64,000 nt of DNA from Octopus vulgaris (Eukaryota), in assembly GCA_951406725.2 (NCBI GenBank), contig OX597816.1:129704001-129768000 (forward strand), in the 5' to 3' direction. The notes under the pieces are model-generated. The model was given only the letters and a program-made list of their open reading frames with translations. It ran no database searches and was not told the origin of the DNA. Shown here piece by piece: positions 24,339 to 38,694 of the stretch. Within the stretch, counting starts at the first letter, position 1; every line of letters begins with the position of its first letter. Position numbers and translations under genes: made by a program.

Positions 24339-26273
24339 ATCGAAACAAATAAGACATTTGTATTTGTGTCCACTAACATTTACATATCACCAAAACAATA
24401 AAGCAAAGTATCATCAGGCCTGGGTCGTATCTGCATTTGCAGCATATCCTTTTTGTATCAGTCAGGTGTATTTGAGCAGCAATTCCATTTGTCTTTCCTC
24501 GACATTCATAACTAGTTTCATTTTTATAAAACTTTTTTTTTTAATTCCTTTATTTTGACACTATAAATCAAAGAATTTTTATCCTTTTGAAGATGATCTT
24601 TTATATGCCTTTTCCCGAGAGTACCAAATGTAGGGTAAATCAACTTTAGCCTTGCACTTGCCCCACCTCTTTATCTTTGGTAATTCAATATTGATGCAGT
24701 TACTATGCAAGCTTGCTTCTTAAATGTAAACTGCATTATATATTATTTCAATCAAACAAAGGAAATCAAGTTGATTAAATTACAATTTTACAAGTTACTT
24801 AAACTTATTTACATTTTTCTTGTATAATGTCACTAAATATTGGAAGACATGCCTTAAGTTGTATAAATAAAAGAGAAACCTATTTTGAAGCTTTTTGAAC
24901 AAAATTTCATCCTGTCAAACCATCCATTTGTGACATTTATGGAACATAAAGAAATGTAAAAGGAAAGTGTAAAATGGAAGATTTACTTGCGTTTTAAACA
25001 TTTTATGGCTCTTAAGAATACGTCTGCTTCTCATCTCAATAAGATGTTGGAGAGCAGAATAGAGAAAAAGTGTATTTAGTTAGATAGAAATCATTTGTCA
25101 CCAGCAACCATAGTAGACGAAGAGAGACAACTACTTTATGTGGTTAGGGCATGATTGTTCTTTCAAATAGTTGCTTTCACAGTCTTAGTATCAGTAACAT
25201 TTTCTATTTCATGTAATAACCCTTATTATGAGATAAATCATGAAATTGAATTATAGTAGGAAAATTAAAGGGATTTATTAAAAGAAAAAAAAAAAGCTGC
25301 TAGTATATAGTCAACTTGCTTTATCTTTTGAACTCAGACAATTGGTTCAGTCTCAAATGACAGCTAATGATTGGTTAAGAAGAGACTCAGATTATTAAAG
25401 AACTTTGGTTTAAGTATCTTCTTTAAAACTTGCCAGCATTACAGTTTATCTGGAGTAAGATATTTAAGTAAAAACACATACTTCAAAGGTGATATACTAA
25501 TCTTTTTCAATGGGATTCACTGGAAACATTGGAGTATGTTTGTTGAGTGTGTGTGTGGAAGTTATTTTCTAATTACTACTGTTAAAACTAACAGATGTTT
25601 TTCTTGTTTTAATTTTTTCCATGCCACACTTATAAATGTTGTATTGTATCTATACATAATGATTTACCAAGCTTTCACTTAATTCTCAAATGCAAAGAAT
25701 TAACAAGAGCGTCCCATAAAATCACCAGGTTTTCGCAATATTTGAAGACAGGTAAATACAGCGAGTTTTACTTTGACTGCATTTACAATGACTAGTAATA
25801 AAAAGCCATCCAACTAAAAACCTAATGATTATATGATAGGTTCTTACCCAAAAAGTATTAGATAGAATCAATCTTATACAAGAAAAAAAATTTTGAGAGG
25901 GACAGATAAAAGAAGTACTGATGAGAAAACTTAACCTCATCTTTTGTTTGTAAAACATTAAAATGTTTTTCTACCAGTACTCATTACAAAACAAACGAAC
26001 TTAAGTATATAAAATGGCTTAAATGAAATGATTATTTACTAACATGCAGAACATTGAGAGTCTGGCACTAATATTAAAACTACAGAACTTATCAAATATT
26101 TTATGAACAAACCTGATGCTTAGGTGGGAGAACATTTATTGTTGCAGAGCAACAGGAATGTTCCACTGTAAATGAAACATCATTTCTTATAGAAAACAAA
26201 TCACACGTTTTTTTTTTTTTTAACCCATGTATTTCATTTTTTATAAAAGAACAAAGCTTGATGTACAGTAAAA

Positions 26274-26378
26274 TTATTTTAAAAAACCCACAGCTTTCTT
26301 TTTCTTGTCTAACAATTCTTCTTCTTTAAGTATGGCAGTCAAATTCTTTCCAAGCATCTCACCAACTTTTTTTCCAGT
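26274..26378 (-). CDS. EXOSC7: Exosome complex component RRP42, exon 9 (last)
   Basis: TGKKVGEMLGKNLTAILKEEELLDKKKKAVGFLK*; AG acceptor. AATAAA on the minus strand at 26135-26140. Confidence 0.9.
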   Translation of the reverse strand, partial: TGKKVGEMLGKNLTAILKEEELLDKKKKAVGFLK

Positions 26379-27344
26379 CTGAAATGAAGAAATACAAGGT
26401 ATGACACTTTGGGACTAACTTATTTTAATATCAAAAACAAATAAGTCTCATGACATTTTTTTTTCTTTGCATGACAGATTGATAATATTCACTGGACTTA
26501 CATATAATGGATTTGTTTTGTGTGTTTTTGTTTTTTTTAAACAAACACAATCCCAATTGTATATTAAGGTCCAGTTGATGGGATTATTTTTATTTGCTCG
26601 GTACAAATATTTTTAGTAAATAAACATGTATAAATCGAATCATTTACTTTTCTTTGTTACAAACATTACTTTGGCATGTAACCAAATCAGTTTATAATTT
26701 TGAAAACAATAATGATTTGTACTTTTTGTTCAATGTTTTATATATATATCTTGGGAAAAGACTTGTATATTGAACTTATTAAAGATGTTTATAGTAAAAT
26801 GTTTATCAGTGGGTCAATGTGAGTGACCCAATAATTAAGTGTTGTACTCTTCATCATAAAGTCACAGGTTTGGTTCCTGGTTATGGATGAGTGTTGTGTC
26901 CTTGAGCAAGGCACTTCATTTTGTGTCATTAAAATGAATACTTGCCAAGTATTAATGCAGCCCTCTCTCTCTCTCTCCTTCCAGCTCTCATATCCTCAAT
27001 GTTCCAGTGAAGGGTAGTAGGTCCAAGAAAATGTCTATATCTACTTGTGACTACATAAGTACAATAAGTGACAGCACTGTAGTTCATGCTGCCAATTTAT
27101 GCTCACAAGTAAAATAGTTACATCAATATTTACCAATTATTTTGATTTGGCAGCACATTGAACTTTATTGAGACTGGCTTATGTCTATTGAACTATATTG
27201 GTACTCATTTATCAACTCAGGAAAATGAATGATGAAGTACCCAATTAAATAAAACAAACTGTTAAATGTTATTTCTTCATAATTTCAATTGAATTTTAAA
27301 ATAAAAGTATTTTCACAAAATATATTGAGATGGAAATATCTTAC

Positions 27345-27441
27345 CTCCATCATATCATATATACTCTCAGGATCTAAACTTCCAGACCCTTCCTTCTTCA
27401 TTGCAGTTATTACACCACTTTCTGTAACACCCATTATTAAT
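27345..27441 (-). CDS. EXOSC7: RRP42 exon 8
   Basis: LIMGVTESGVITAMKKEGSGSLDPESIYDMME; GT-AG and in phase. Confidence 0.92.
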
Positions 27442-27499
27442 CTAGAATAAAAATATAAATTAAAATCTTTGTAAAAATTACACTAATTTTGTTGTGAAC

Positions 27500-27790
27500 T
27501 CCAAAACATGCCTGGACTTATTCTTTGTAAGCCTGGTACTTATTCTATCAGTTTCTTTTGCTGAACCGCTAAGTTACAGGGATGTAAACACACCAACATT
27601 GGTTGTCAAGCGATGGTGGGGGGACAAACACACATACATATACAACAGGCTTCTTCCAGTTTCCATCTACCAAATACACTCACAAGGCTTTGGTTGAAGA
27701 CACTTGCCTAAGGTGTCACACAGTGGGACTGAACCTGGGACCAAGTGGTTGAGAAGCAAGCTTCTTACTACACAGCCATGCCAGTACCGA
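27500..27790 (-). mobile_element. Third SINE family (also ~17640-17875, 28270-28440, 31245-31385, 33590-33870, 35665-35810, 53830-54285)
   Basis: Head ggctgtgtagtaagaagcttgcttctcaaccac...ggttcagtcccactg, internal CA/TA microsatellite, accatcgcttgacaacc motif. Confidence 0.7.
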
Positions 27791-28572
27791 AATATATATA
27801 TATACACACACACACACATATATATATAAATAAGAAAATGGAGGAACAGATTCATTTCAATCATCAACTTACAGATATTACCAATTCATATTGTTTATTA
27901 ACTACATAAATAGGAGCATCCAAATCCAACAATATACATCAATAAGTAAGATAACCATAAAAATAATACACATAAAATGGATCTTACAGCTGTTTCAGCC
28001 TGTAGATAAAGGTATCTCATTCTGCCTAGTCAGATGTATTGAGGTAATATGCAGTTAAAAATGAGTTACTTATATACATATATATATATCATCACTGGTG
28101 ATGACATTTAACAACCACTTTTCTAGGCTTGCATTGGTCAGGTGGAATTTATTTCAGCAGATTTTGCCAGTCTTCACCTATTTCATTTTTCTCCATGACT
28201 AAACATATTTACATGGAAGACTGGAAACAAGACACCACTTGTATGACTAATACTTATTTACAACAATGCGATGTCATGACAAGGAGACACCAACTCTCAC
28301 AGACATACACACAATGGGCTTCTTTCAGTTTTCATCAACCAAATCCAGTCACAAGGCATTGCTCAAAGTGCCATGCAATGAGACTGAATCTGGAGCCAAG
28401 CAGCTGGAAAGCAAGCTTCTTAACACACATCCATGCCTGCACCCATATATTAAATATTATATAACTTCTAATTCAGTGTTGAGAAATGTGTATAGGTACA
28501 GCATTCAGCTCCATAAACTTTCATACATCCAAAAATTTATAGGGAAATGAAACAAATAGAAATAATAATAAC

Positions 28573-28631
28573 CTGGCTAAGCAACAAGCTTCTTCTTTAG
28601 GGCTGGCATCAACAACATGAAAATAACCAAT
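28573..28631 (-). CDS. EXOSC7: RRP42 exon 7
   Basis: IGYFHVVDASPKEEACCLA; GT-AG and in phase. Confidence 0.92.
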
Positions 28632-29439
28632 CTGAAAATACAAGTTAAAATTCCAATAATTCATTTTCTCTCTCTAGTCAAAAAGTTGAATTTCTTTACT
28701 CAGTTTATACATGTAATTTGGGAGCGAATGTAGATATTTTCTTATATCTTAAAGCTAGCACCATCATCACTGTTCTAATGTCCACTTTTCCATGCTTGCA
28801 TCAGTTGGGCGAAATTTGATGAGATGGAGTTTCTACAGCCAGATGTCCTTCCTTTTGCCAACCTTCACCCGTTTCCATAGAAGATTGAAAATGAAGGACA
28901 CCACTTGCATGAGGGAGACAGTCATTCATACTTATCACACTAGCTTAAAAGCCACCCGAAGGGGCAGCTTTTGATCTAGCTCCTACAGAGTGCTCTTCAT
29001 GGGGCCTTGGGCCCAACAATGATACTTTATGCATTGAGTACATATTAATTTTAATTAAACTTGACCAATATTTTTCAAGCAATGAACAATTTTTATCAAA
29101 ACAATAATATAATTTGTTGACTTCAACTTCAAAGTTATTGCAAAGCTGCATGATAAACACTTTTTCTGTATTCCTGTTCAGGGGTCAGTACAATTATTTT
29201 TTTTTATCTAACCTCTTTCTCTCTGTCTTTCTGTTGATTGTTTTTCCAGCCATAACTGCTATACACACCATTCAGACTTCTGATGCTACCGCCTTCCCCT
29301 CCACCACCATCACCACTGTCTTTCACATCACTTACTATCACTCATCCATGACTGCCCTGGCCACCACCATCACCACAGAGATAGATAGATGTAGATAAAT
29401 AGGTGATAGATAGATTGGTAGATGATTGATAGACAGAGA

Positions 29440-29910
29440 GGGAGAGATATCATTTTGGAATTGTTTTTACCATTGTATAGCTACTGACATGAGATATGAG
29501 TTGAAGGATGATGACCTCTTTTAGGGTGGGGAATATAATGAAACAAAGGATGGGGTGCGGTTATCACTAAAATAATAGTATTCGGTATGTTGGCAACAGC
29601 AATTTCTGTCAAGAGACATGGCTTAACAATGTTGTACAGCATCTCCCTCTTTCTCACTTTTGTTATTACTCCCACTGCCACCATCAACACTACTACTTTT
29701 AATAAAACATCAACTCTCCCAAAATTTCTGTCTCTCTTTCTCTGCTTTTTCTTTCTCCCCCTCTCTCTCCACCACCACCCTCACTGTCTCTATGCCTACT
29801 ATTACTCTCAACCCATCCTGAGAAATAGTAGGAGTGTCATTGAATAGTGAGAGGGTCTAAGTGTAACACACTGACACACAGAAATTAGTTTTCACATTTA
29901 TTATATTAGA
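29440..29910 (-). mobile_element. Probable non-autonomous Helitron 5' portion
   Basis: Minus strand starts A|TCTAATATAATAAA, a typical Helitron 5' end. No 3' hairpin/CTAG identified. Confidence 0.35.
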
Positions 29911-31808
29911 TGAAGTCAAGGCAAGAAGAGTAATACATACATGCACACATATACATCTACATCTATCTAAATATGTGATGGGTTTCTTTCAGTGTCCATC
30001 TACCAAATCGGATCTAGCCTTTCTCATTCACAAAATGAGCCCCACTTAATTTTGCTCAGTTTTTTTCAATTTTGGTGTATCGATGCAACTCTGAATTTTG
30101 ATTACAATCAACCAATTACTTTATTTCGTAAATTAAAGAATCTGATGTTATTTGGAATTAAAGTTGGGAAATTTGGGTAATTTTAGCCAATCAACAGACA
30201 GCGTGGTAATAGCAGCTTGTTATCATGACATCTGCATGCTGTGTTGTGGTTCACTGTTGTCTGTGCCATTGTTGTCTCTGTTGATTTTTCACGAGATTCT
30301 TTTCACCTGCATGTTTTTAATTTTTATGTGCGTCAGTAAATTACATATTTTTCTGTGCTCCCGTGTGTTAGTATTTTTACATATTTTTCATTTCATATAT
30401 TTTTGGGACTCATTGATTCAGATAGCTGGATTTATGATTTCACTAGGTTAATTCTATTCATAAAAATTTTAATTAGGAGTATTTCTTATACTGTTAGGTT
30501 CACATTTCAACAGCTTAACTGAAACTTAGCCCATGCAACAGGAACTGAGAGATATTGAGGGTCAGAGAAACTGTGGGTGATACAGATAATTTGACATTAT
30601 TTTTGAATTCTGCATGTAGAAACATATAACATACAGGTATTCTTTTCCTTGGGACAAATTCTTTGATGACCAGTGTTATTCTTATTGTACTTTGCAAATC
30701 CAAGCATGAAAATGTTACTCAACTTCAGAGTCTTGGAGATAGACGCCCTCTTTCACACACACACACACGCATTTATATATTAACGATGTACATAAATACA
30801 TGGCAGGTATATATAATACTGAAATACACATAAAGTAAACACATGCAAACAAATATATTAATATAGCAAATTAAAAAAATACAATCAATGAAGAGACAAA
30901 AGAAACAGTAAGATGATACATGTTGATTTTATTAGGCATTTCTGTTTATTTAAAAACCTACAATGAAATTTCTGTTTATTTAGAAACCTACAATGAACAG
31001 ATCAGATGCTAAACTATAAATTTCACAGGGCACAACCTTAAAGTTGACACCAATCCACTAAATATTGGCTAAAAATACCCAGTTTTTTCAATTTTTAAAC
31101 CTCTGTAACTTTTATCTCCAATTTTTTTTGTCCATAACATCATACCTTCAAAGCGATGAGACTGGAAGGCTACATTATTATAGCCAATTTTCAGATTTTT
31201 TACTTCCTTATAAAAAAATGGATATTTTACAAATGAAAAAAACTAGATCCACTAAATCTACTCACAAGGCTTTGGTCAACCTGGGGCTATAGTAGAAGAC
31301 ACGCCTAAAGTACCAAGCAGTGGAACTGAATCTAAGAACATGTGGCTGAGAAGCAAACTTCTTACCACACAGCCATGCCTACACCTGTATTTGAAAGCTT
31401 TATATACAGATAACTTTCAAAATAGATGGTTTCTGAATAATGTACTTTAGTTGGCTATTTGGTAAGCTAGAGTGAGATAAAATACAATGATAAATGTAGT
31501 GAATGGCAAACAGCTTGATAAATTTGAGCAAAAGAAAATCATATCTATAAAATCAGAAAATCTTCTTGCCTAAATCAGTGAATACACCACTCCATGTACT
31601 TCAGTATTTTACTGTTCCAGTCACAGCAGAAATTAATAAATTTAGGTCATTCAGTTAGAGGTTCACTTATTAAACTTAAATTATAGTTGTAGCTTGCCTA
31701 TTTTAGAAATGTTAAATTTAATCAAGAGGAAATTTCTGAAAAATAGAATCTATAACTTCTGCTGCAGTAAAAGTAACAACTTTAGTCATATAGGAATATT
31801 TCACCAAC

Positions 31809-31932
31809 CTTGCTTAAAGTTACCAAACATGGACAGTATGTTGTATCAAGTTGTTTGACATCATATGGATCATCTGATATCTCCAGTTCCATTTGACCTT
31901 CATCACCTTTAAGTACAGACACATTGGGGATT
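31809..31932 (-). CDS. EXOSC7: RRP42 exon 6
   Basis: IPNVSVLKGDEGQMELEISDDPYDVKQLDTTYCPCLVTLSK; in phase. Confidence 0.92.
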
Positions 31933-32495
31933 CTGGAGGAAACAAAGGAGAATAAAGGAATAAAGGTTTAACTTTACTTGCAACTTAACAGAATAACAGC
32001 AGCAATTACCTAACAGGTAAGAGACTACATTACCCATGATCCACGATTGAAATCTTTCAACGTATGATGCATATTACTACCACAAAACCGAGTCAATGCT
32101 ACACAATATCACCAAAACTGTCCATACAACATGCTACCATCAAACAGACTATGCACATTATAATTATTATAATGAATAAATATATATGTAAACCACAAGT
32201 GTTATATAGAATTTTTCTATTTATCATACAGCTTCTAATCACAACATTTAAAGAACAAAATTTACAAGTACTGTACTAAAAATAGATAAGGATTGTAACA
32301 TCAAGCTTCTTGTGCAATATTAATATTTCCATAATATAGCAAAGCCTTTAGGCAAAGTATTCATAAATTATAAATATTATATATAAAATAAGTTAGAAAG
32401 TTCTTGTTTACAAAATAAATATTTCATTAATAGATTCACAATATAGCAAAATTGTTAGGTAAAGCATCAAACTGAAAATTGTAGGGATAATTCAC

Positions 32496-32566
32496 CTGGT
32501 ATTAAAGAGAGCTGCTTTAACAGCAACTGAGACAGCATCAAACAAATTACCACCACATTCAAGTAA
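32496..32566 (-). CDS. EXOSC7: RRP42 exon 5
   Basis: LLECGGNLFDAVSVAVKAALFNT, an RNase PH-like motif. Confidence 0.95.
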
Positions 32567-35243
32567 CTGGAAGGACAAAAATAATTATCAAAATTAATAT
32601 GATGATATAAAAGGACAACAATCAAAAGTGATATCTTCTAAAATACAAAATGAAATCATAAAATACTTTTCAAGTTATCAATATAATAAAAATATCATTG
32701 TATCGTTTTTTCTTATTTGCATATTTTCATGTAGGTAAGTATAGGTAGAATATTGTTTTCATTTTTTTTTACCTTCAATTGTTTATACATCCTTGTTTTT
32801 CTCACTATTGAAAACTGACATGAATTAGAAGTTGGCCTATTCTTGTCCATGCAGACACAGAGTTGTGTCTGTTGCCTATCAAAAAACCCTCACATGTTGC
32901 TTAGCATATTATATATTATATTAATCAAATCTCCCTCAAATGACACCCTGCTCTCTTACATAAGGACATGACACATATGGTATTGTATTCCTTACTAATT
33001 CAGCCATCATTCACAAATGAAAATGATTTGGTAGCAGCATGCAATATGCCTTCACTCATTTTAGGTGCCTTCACCCTAGCTGAGCAGAATTATCATCAAA
33101 GGAACTCCAGATATGACCAGCCTGTCTTTTACTCTATCATAATATATCTAAGAAAGATTAATTATCCATTCAATCCTTTTTTATTTTTTAATGAGTGTAA
33201 TCTAAAGATTTGGTCAAGTAACCATATAGAAGCTTCCTTATAGTTATAAGCTTGCTTACAATCCAATTCATGGAATAAGAAAGCATTGCATTTATGCTTT
33301 CTGATTTTTAAAATTATTTTCAATATTTGAATGTGGTTATGCTGGATCGCTGTTATCGTCAAGCTCATAATCAATTATACTAACTGCGGTACTTACAGAC
33401 CGACACTTTCTGTAATGATTTCAGGAGGAAGACATAGACTGAGTTGTGCAGAACAGGAGTTGAATTAAAACCACAGAAATGTAAAGACCAGAAAGTATTT
33501 TGGTCAATGCTCTACCAATTCTGTCATCCTTCACCTTGGTGTAGAAAGAAATTATCACTTTCTCTTGAATTGTATCAATATTAATTAAGGTTCAGTGCCA
33601 GCAGAGCTATGCAGTTAGTATAGCTCCAGACTGACCAAGTCCCTTGAGTAAATTTATAAATGGAAATTGTGTGGAAGCTCATTTGTGGGTGTGTGTCTGT
33701 GTTTTCCCTCCACCACTGCTTGACAACTGGTGTTGATTCATTTATGTACATGTGACTTAGTAGTTTGGCATTAGAGACTGATGGAATAAGTACCAGGTTT
33801 AAAAAAGTACTGGGGTTGATTCATTTGACTAAACCCTTCAAAGCAGAGCCCCAGCATGGCCACACTCCTATGAAAAGCAAATAAATGATAAATGAAATAA
33901 GGAGGGAGCTCTCCACTGATTACAAAACATTTTACAGATATCAGAATCTCAAATAACAGTAAAGTATTTGGAAAATTGAACAAATGACATTCAATGTTTA
34001 AAAAGTCACATCCAGACATGATGTCTCCTCTCTAACTTTTCTACAATAGTTATAATGGTATGTAATTCTCAGAGTGAGCTGTCTCACAACACCTTTACTC
34101 ACTCGTCGCTTCCCTTCGTCCACTTTGTGTTCATCCTCTCTAACCCTAACTTCACCACGACACCCAGTTCTTTCTCTTCAAAACGTTTCCCTTCCTGCCC
34201 TCTCACGAAATTCCAGGCGTGCAGTCGTTGACTCTCAGCAGTTTAAGCAGAGTGTTAACAGAATATCATTGATCTCGGAGGATCAAAGAAGACCCCCACT
34301 TCCTCCAGATCTAATTAACAACGATAAAAGAGCTATAATTGTTTTGTCTCAGAAAGCTACAATGACAGAACCATAAGCATTGGAGTACACAGGTGCAGAA
34401 ATTCGAATTAGTAGTTTTATTAAATACTGTCGATCTTTAATAAATTTAACTGGAACATAAATTGTTCGTATAGGAAAGAGTTGTCTCCCTGAAGATTTAT
34501 TGGCATCTGATGTCGCACGTACACGCACAGAAAGGGAGCGGGGCTTAAAAGATGCAAATATCTCTTGGTCTAAAGTGAATTTGAAACTGATAAAAATCTA
34601 AAGATTTGTTAACACAAAAATAAAGTATGTTATGAATGTAGATGGTCAGAGCATGCGAATATCTTTAAAAAAAAGTGAAGAAGACTATAAGAAAAGTGGT
34701 TAAGCAGGATTTATGAGTTTCTTAAAGTTTTGAAGCCAAAAAATGGCATGGGAACATATGAAGTACATTAACAGGAACCAATTTGCAGGCAAAGTATTTT
34801 TAACACCTAAAGGTACTTGTTGATCCTATTAGTGAAGGTGCCAAGTAAAAAGCACTGGTACTGGTACCACATGAAAAGTACTGGTGCTGACACAAAGTAA
34901 AAAGCACCCAGTACACTCTGTAAAGTGGCTGGCATTAGGAAGGGCATCAAGCTGTAGAAACCATGCCAAAAAAGAAAATGGAGCCTGGTGCAAGACACCA
35001 TGTAGGAAAGGACTCATCCAACTCATGCAAGTATGGAAAAGTATACGTAAAAATTATGATGATGATTATCTATCTACACTAACATTAAGTACCAGTCAAA
35101 TACTAGGTTTATTTAATATCCCTATATAGTATCCTTGATATGAGCAGATTTCTGAAGGATATTAACAAAGGGATATAAAAAAAAAAAACAATAGTAAATA
35201 CAAATCTGACATATTATAATAATTAAACATAAACAAATCTTAC

Positions 35244-35409
35244 CAAAATATCAACGTAAAGAATCCAACATTGCGAATTTGGAATGACACATAAGGATTT
35301 TAGGTCAAGAGCATTCAGATTTCCATAGGCTTGTGACAACATGGTGCTAATTTCAGTAGCCAAAACCTCTCCTCCACGACCCTCAAATTCTGGTGTGGCA
35401 TTGGCTGAG
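35244..35409 (-). CDS. EXOSC7: RRP42 exon 4
   Basis: SANATPEFEGRGGEVLATEI...LDLKSLCVIPNSQCWILYVDIL. Confidence 0.95.
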
Positions 35410-36645
35410 CTGAAAAATGTGAATTGAAAAATTACAGTCAGGTTTTTGTGTGTGTGTGTGTGTGTATGTATTATATACTCTGAGTTGTCCATTCTTGTAA
35501 AGTGGAAAGTGTTTGTAGATTCATAGTTTGTGAGGATCACTTACATTCATTTTACGTTAGTTTTTTCATAGATAATTTGATAATGCTTAGATATTGGTGT
35601 CCAGTTTTGAGAGGTTCTGATATACATATGTGTGTGTGTGAGAGAGAGAGAGAGAAAGAGCACGTGCAGGCTTAATTGTATGCTTCCCAACCACATAGTC
35701 ATGGGTTCAGTCCTGTGCAGTGTCTTCAGCAAATGTCCTTGACAATAGCCCTAGATCATCCAAAGTCTTGTGAGTGAATTTGGCAAACAGAAACTGAAAG
35801 AAGCCTGTCATACCATCACGTGTGTCTGTGTGTGTACCTTTGTTTTAACATGTGATGGTTGTAAACAAGCATCAGCATTATACATTTCCAGTCTTCCATG
35901 GAAAACATAACTGCCCACATGGAAATATTATCTTGCTTGGAGACAGGCAAGGCATCCAGCTGTAGAAAATCCACCTCAAAAATTCCATCCGACCCATGCA
36001 AGTGTAGAAAAGTAGACATTAAATGATGAAGATACTTGTCATCATCATATCTATTTCCCCATGCTGACATCAATTGGACAGGTGTCACACCGCCTCTTAC
36101 CATTCCCTGCAGTCCATCATTTGGTACACACAGCAACAGAGAAAACAGGCTATCTCTATTGCTGTGTAGGCTACACTTTTTTTTTTATGTCCTTCCTATG
36201 AAAAAGTATGTCTTTCCAGACAGTGATCTCATAGTGTAGACTGTCACAGGTGCTTGTCAGACTAAAAAGTCATCTCTATCCTGAATCTATTTTTATTAGG
36301 AATTACTGATCTTCTAGACAGATTGCCTGTGCTGTAACTTGTAAAACAATTATTCTTATGCTTGCATTTATACTGTCAACAAATATGTACAGAGCAGTAA
36401 GTTTCAATAAATTTTGAAGCCAACCTCATAATTTACTTACTTTAGTCATAACTTTATAATTATGCAAAGCATTTTTTGACTCCCCAAGAAATTAGTTGTA
36501 ACAGGCAGAATATTGCCACACATTAGTTATAAAGAGTGAGACTAAAACCACATGGTTGTAAAGTGAATTTCATAACATTACAGCCATATCTGCACTTAAA
36601 ATTAATTCATTAAACAAAAAAAAAATATGTTAAGGTGATCCTTAC

Positions 36646-36740
36646 CAGTCAACAAAGAACTCTAACCGACCAAGGTCTGGTTTAATTGGTTCTGGTGGAC
36701 CTAATTCTGCTTTCACTCCAACTAATACATCAGTATTGGC
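36646..36740 (-). CDS. EXOSC7: RRP42 exon 3
   Basis: ANTDVLVGVKAELGPPEPIKPDLGRLEFFVD; GT-AG. Confidence 0.93.
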
Positions 36741-37864
36741 CTGGAGAAGATATAGTAAATATTTACACATAGTTATTCATTTAGACATTTGAGCTTTACA
36801 TAAGTACAAAAAAAAAAGTTGAAACTTTGTATGGTACTTAGAAGAGGCAGACATATGGAGAATACATGGAGATTAGAAATAAATGACATTGAGAAAATTG
36901 TGGGTTAAGGTAACTTGAAAATGAAATGATTCAGGATAGCAACAGAGACATGAAGTTTTGTAACCTCATATAGCTTGTAGAAAAACATCAAAATGATAAT
37001 ATTTTAATAGTGCTACTCCATTGCGTTAGATACATTTTTCAAGGGAGACATGATAATGGTAAGTAAAGCTTTGCATTCTCAATATAAAATATCTTTACTG
37101 AAAGTGTTCCACCAATTATTTTAAAAGAGATATACGCATGGCTGAAATGAGCGAAAGAGTAATATACTTGTGTATAATTGTCCGTGCAGTTTTTTAATAG
37201 AAAAATTATCGATAGTCAAATTGCTATGATTAAGAATGTTGGTTTCAAATTTTCGCACAAAACCAGCAAATTCAGGGAGTGGGTAAGTCAGTTATATCGA
37301 CCTCAGTATTCAACTGGTATTTATTTTATTGACACCCCCTCTCCCCCAAAAAAGGATGAAAGTTGAAGTCAACCTGAGCAGAATTTGATCTCAGAATATA
37401 AAGATGGACAAAATGCCACTAAGCATTTTTCCCAACATGCAAACAATTCTTCCAGCTCACTGCTTTAGCCATGATCAAGAATATTAACAATTCACAAAGA
37501 TCAAAGAATTATATCAAAAACTCTATTTTATCCCTTGCTAAGCTAACTAATTTGCCGGACATTAAAAAGAAAAATTTACATTCTGGATTGATGGTGGTTA
37601 TAGTATCAGCAAAATTATTGTATGGAATGCATATGAGATAGCTGAATGATGAAAACTAACAGGTAAATAAAATAATCACACTTGTGCTTAGCACAAAACA
37701 TAATTATGATGTCAGGTTCTAATTTAAATACGAACATTTTAAAACAAATGGGTTTAAATCAGAGAACCAAAGACAATAAATCAGGAATAGCATGACAATT
37801 ATATAGTAAAACAAGTAATGTTTAATCTACCACACAATCATCAACCTATTTTGGAAAAGCATAG

Positions 37865-38135
37865 CAGGGGTTCTCAACCAATTTTTATCTATGGACCCCT
37901 TTGATTACTATTTTATTCTGGTGGACCCCCATAACCATTTGATGTTTAAAAACGAGCTTTATTGAAATTTCTTTCAAATTTCCTATTTGTTTTGTGTAAG
38001 TTAGAGAAAGAAACCTAGCTGTTTCTTTCAATACATACCAATACATAGATCTAAAGTAAAATTTTTTCAGGGGCCCTTAAAATGCTATTGGATTTCCAGT
38101 TTACTATTTTGTTGTGTGGACTCCCAAAAACCTTC
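37865..38135. mobile_element. hAT/Charlie-like MITE
   Basis: Starts caggggttctcaacc, with repeated tggacccc subterminal motifs. Confidence 0.5.
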
Positions 38136-38187
38136 AGGTGATTTTTATTTATTAATATAAAAAAAAACAGAATAGGTGATAACTTAC

Positions 38188-38289
38188 TAAGCGCAAACGG
38201 GCAGAACCACTGGTATTTGAGACAACATCTGTTTCAATTTCCATATATCTGTAATCATCACACCCACGGCCATCTTCTCGAAGATTATC
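38188..38289 (-). CDS. EXOSC7: RRP42 exon 2
   Basis: DNLREDGRGCDDYRYMEIETDVVSNTSGSARLRL. Confidence 0.95.
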
Positions 38290-38694
38290 CTAATAAAAAA
38301 CACAAGTTCTATAATATTGCACATTATCAGTTACAAGTATAAGAGACCAACTTGCAATAAAACTCTGATTGCTAACAATATTAGGCTGTAGGTAATAGGT
38401 ACAGGTTATCCAAGCAATAGAGACAGTTGTAGACTTGCATCATGAGAAACACTACTTCACAAAATATGTATTTCAAGAGTTACCATACAAGATATATCAT
38501 TAAATACTGTATTGAGTTTGCAGTTTAAATGAAGAGCAGAAAGAGAAATGACTTGAAGTTACATACATGCATTTACTGTAGATTTTCTCATATCAGTGTG
38601 GAACAGTTTTATTCATTTTTTTTAGAGGAACAGATTTTGAGTTAGATTTTATGATCAGATGCTGTCACCAACCCTTATCAGTTCTTTTCTGGTA

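Noticed and set aside
34060-34330. Nested gene in EXOSC7 intron 4 (100-aa ORF, CpG-rich)
   Set aside because: More like a decayed CR1/L2-type 3' fragment, with no splice support. Too weak to call.
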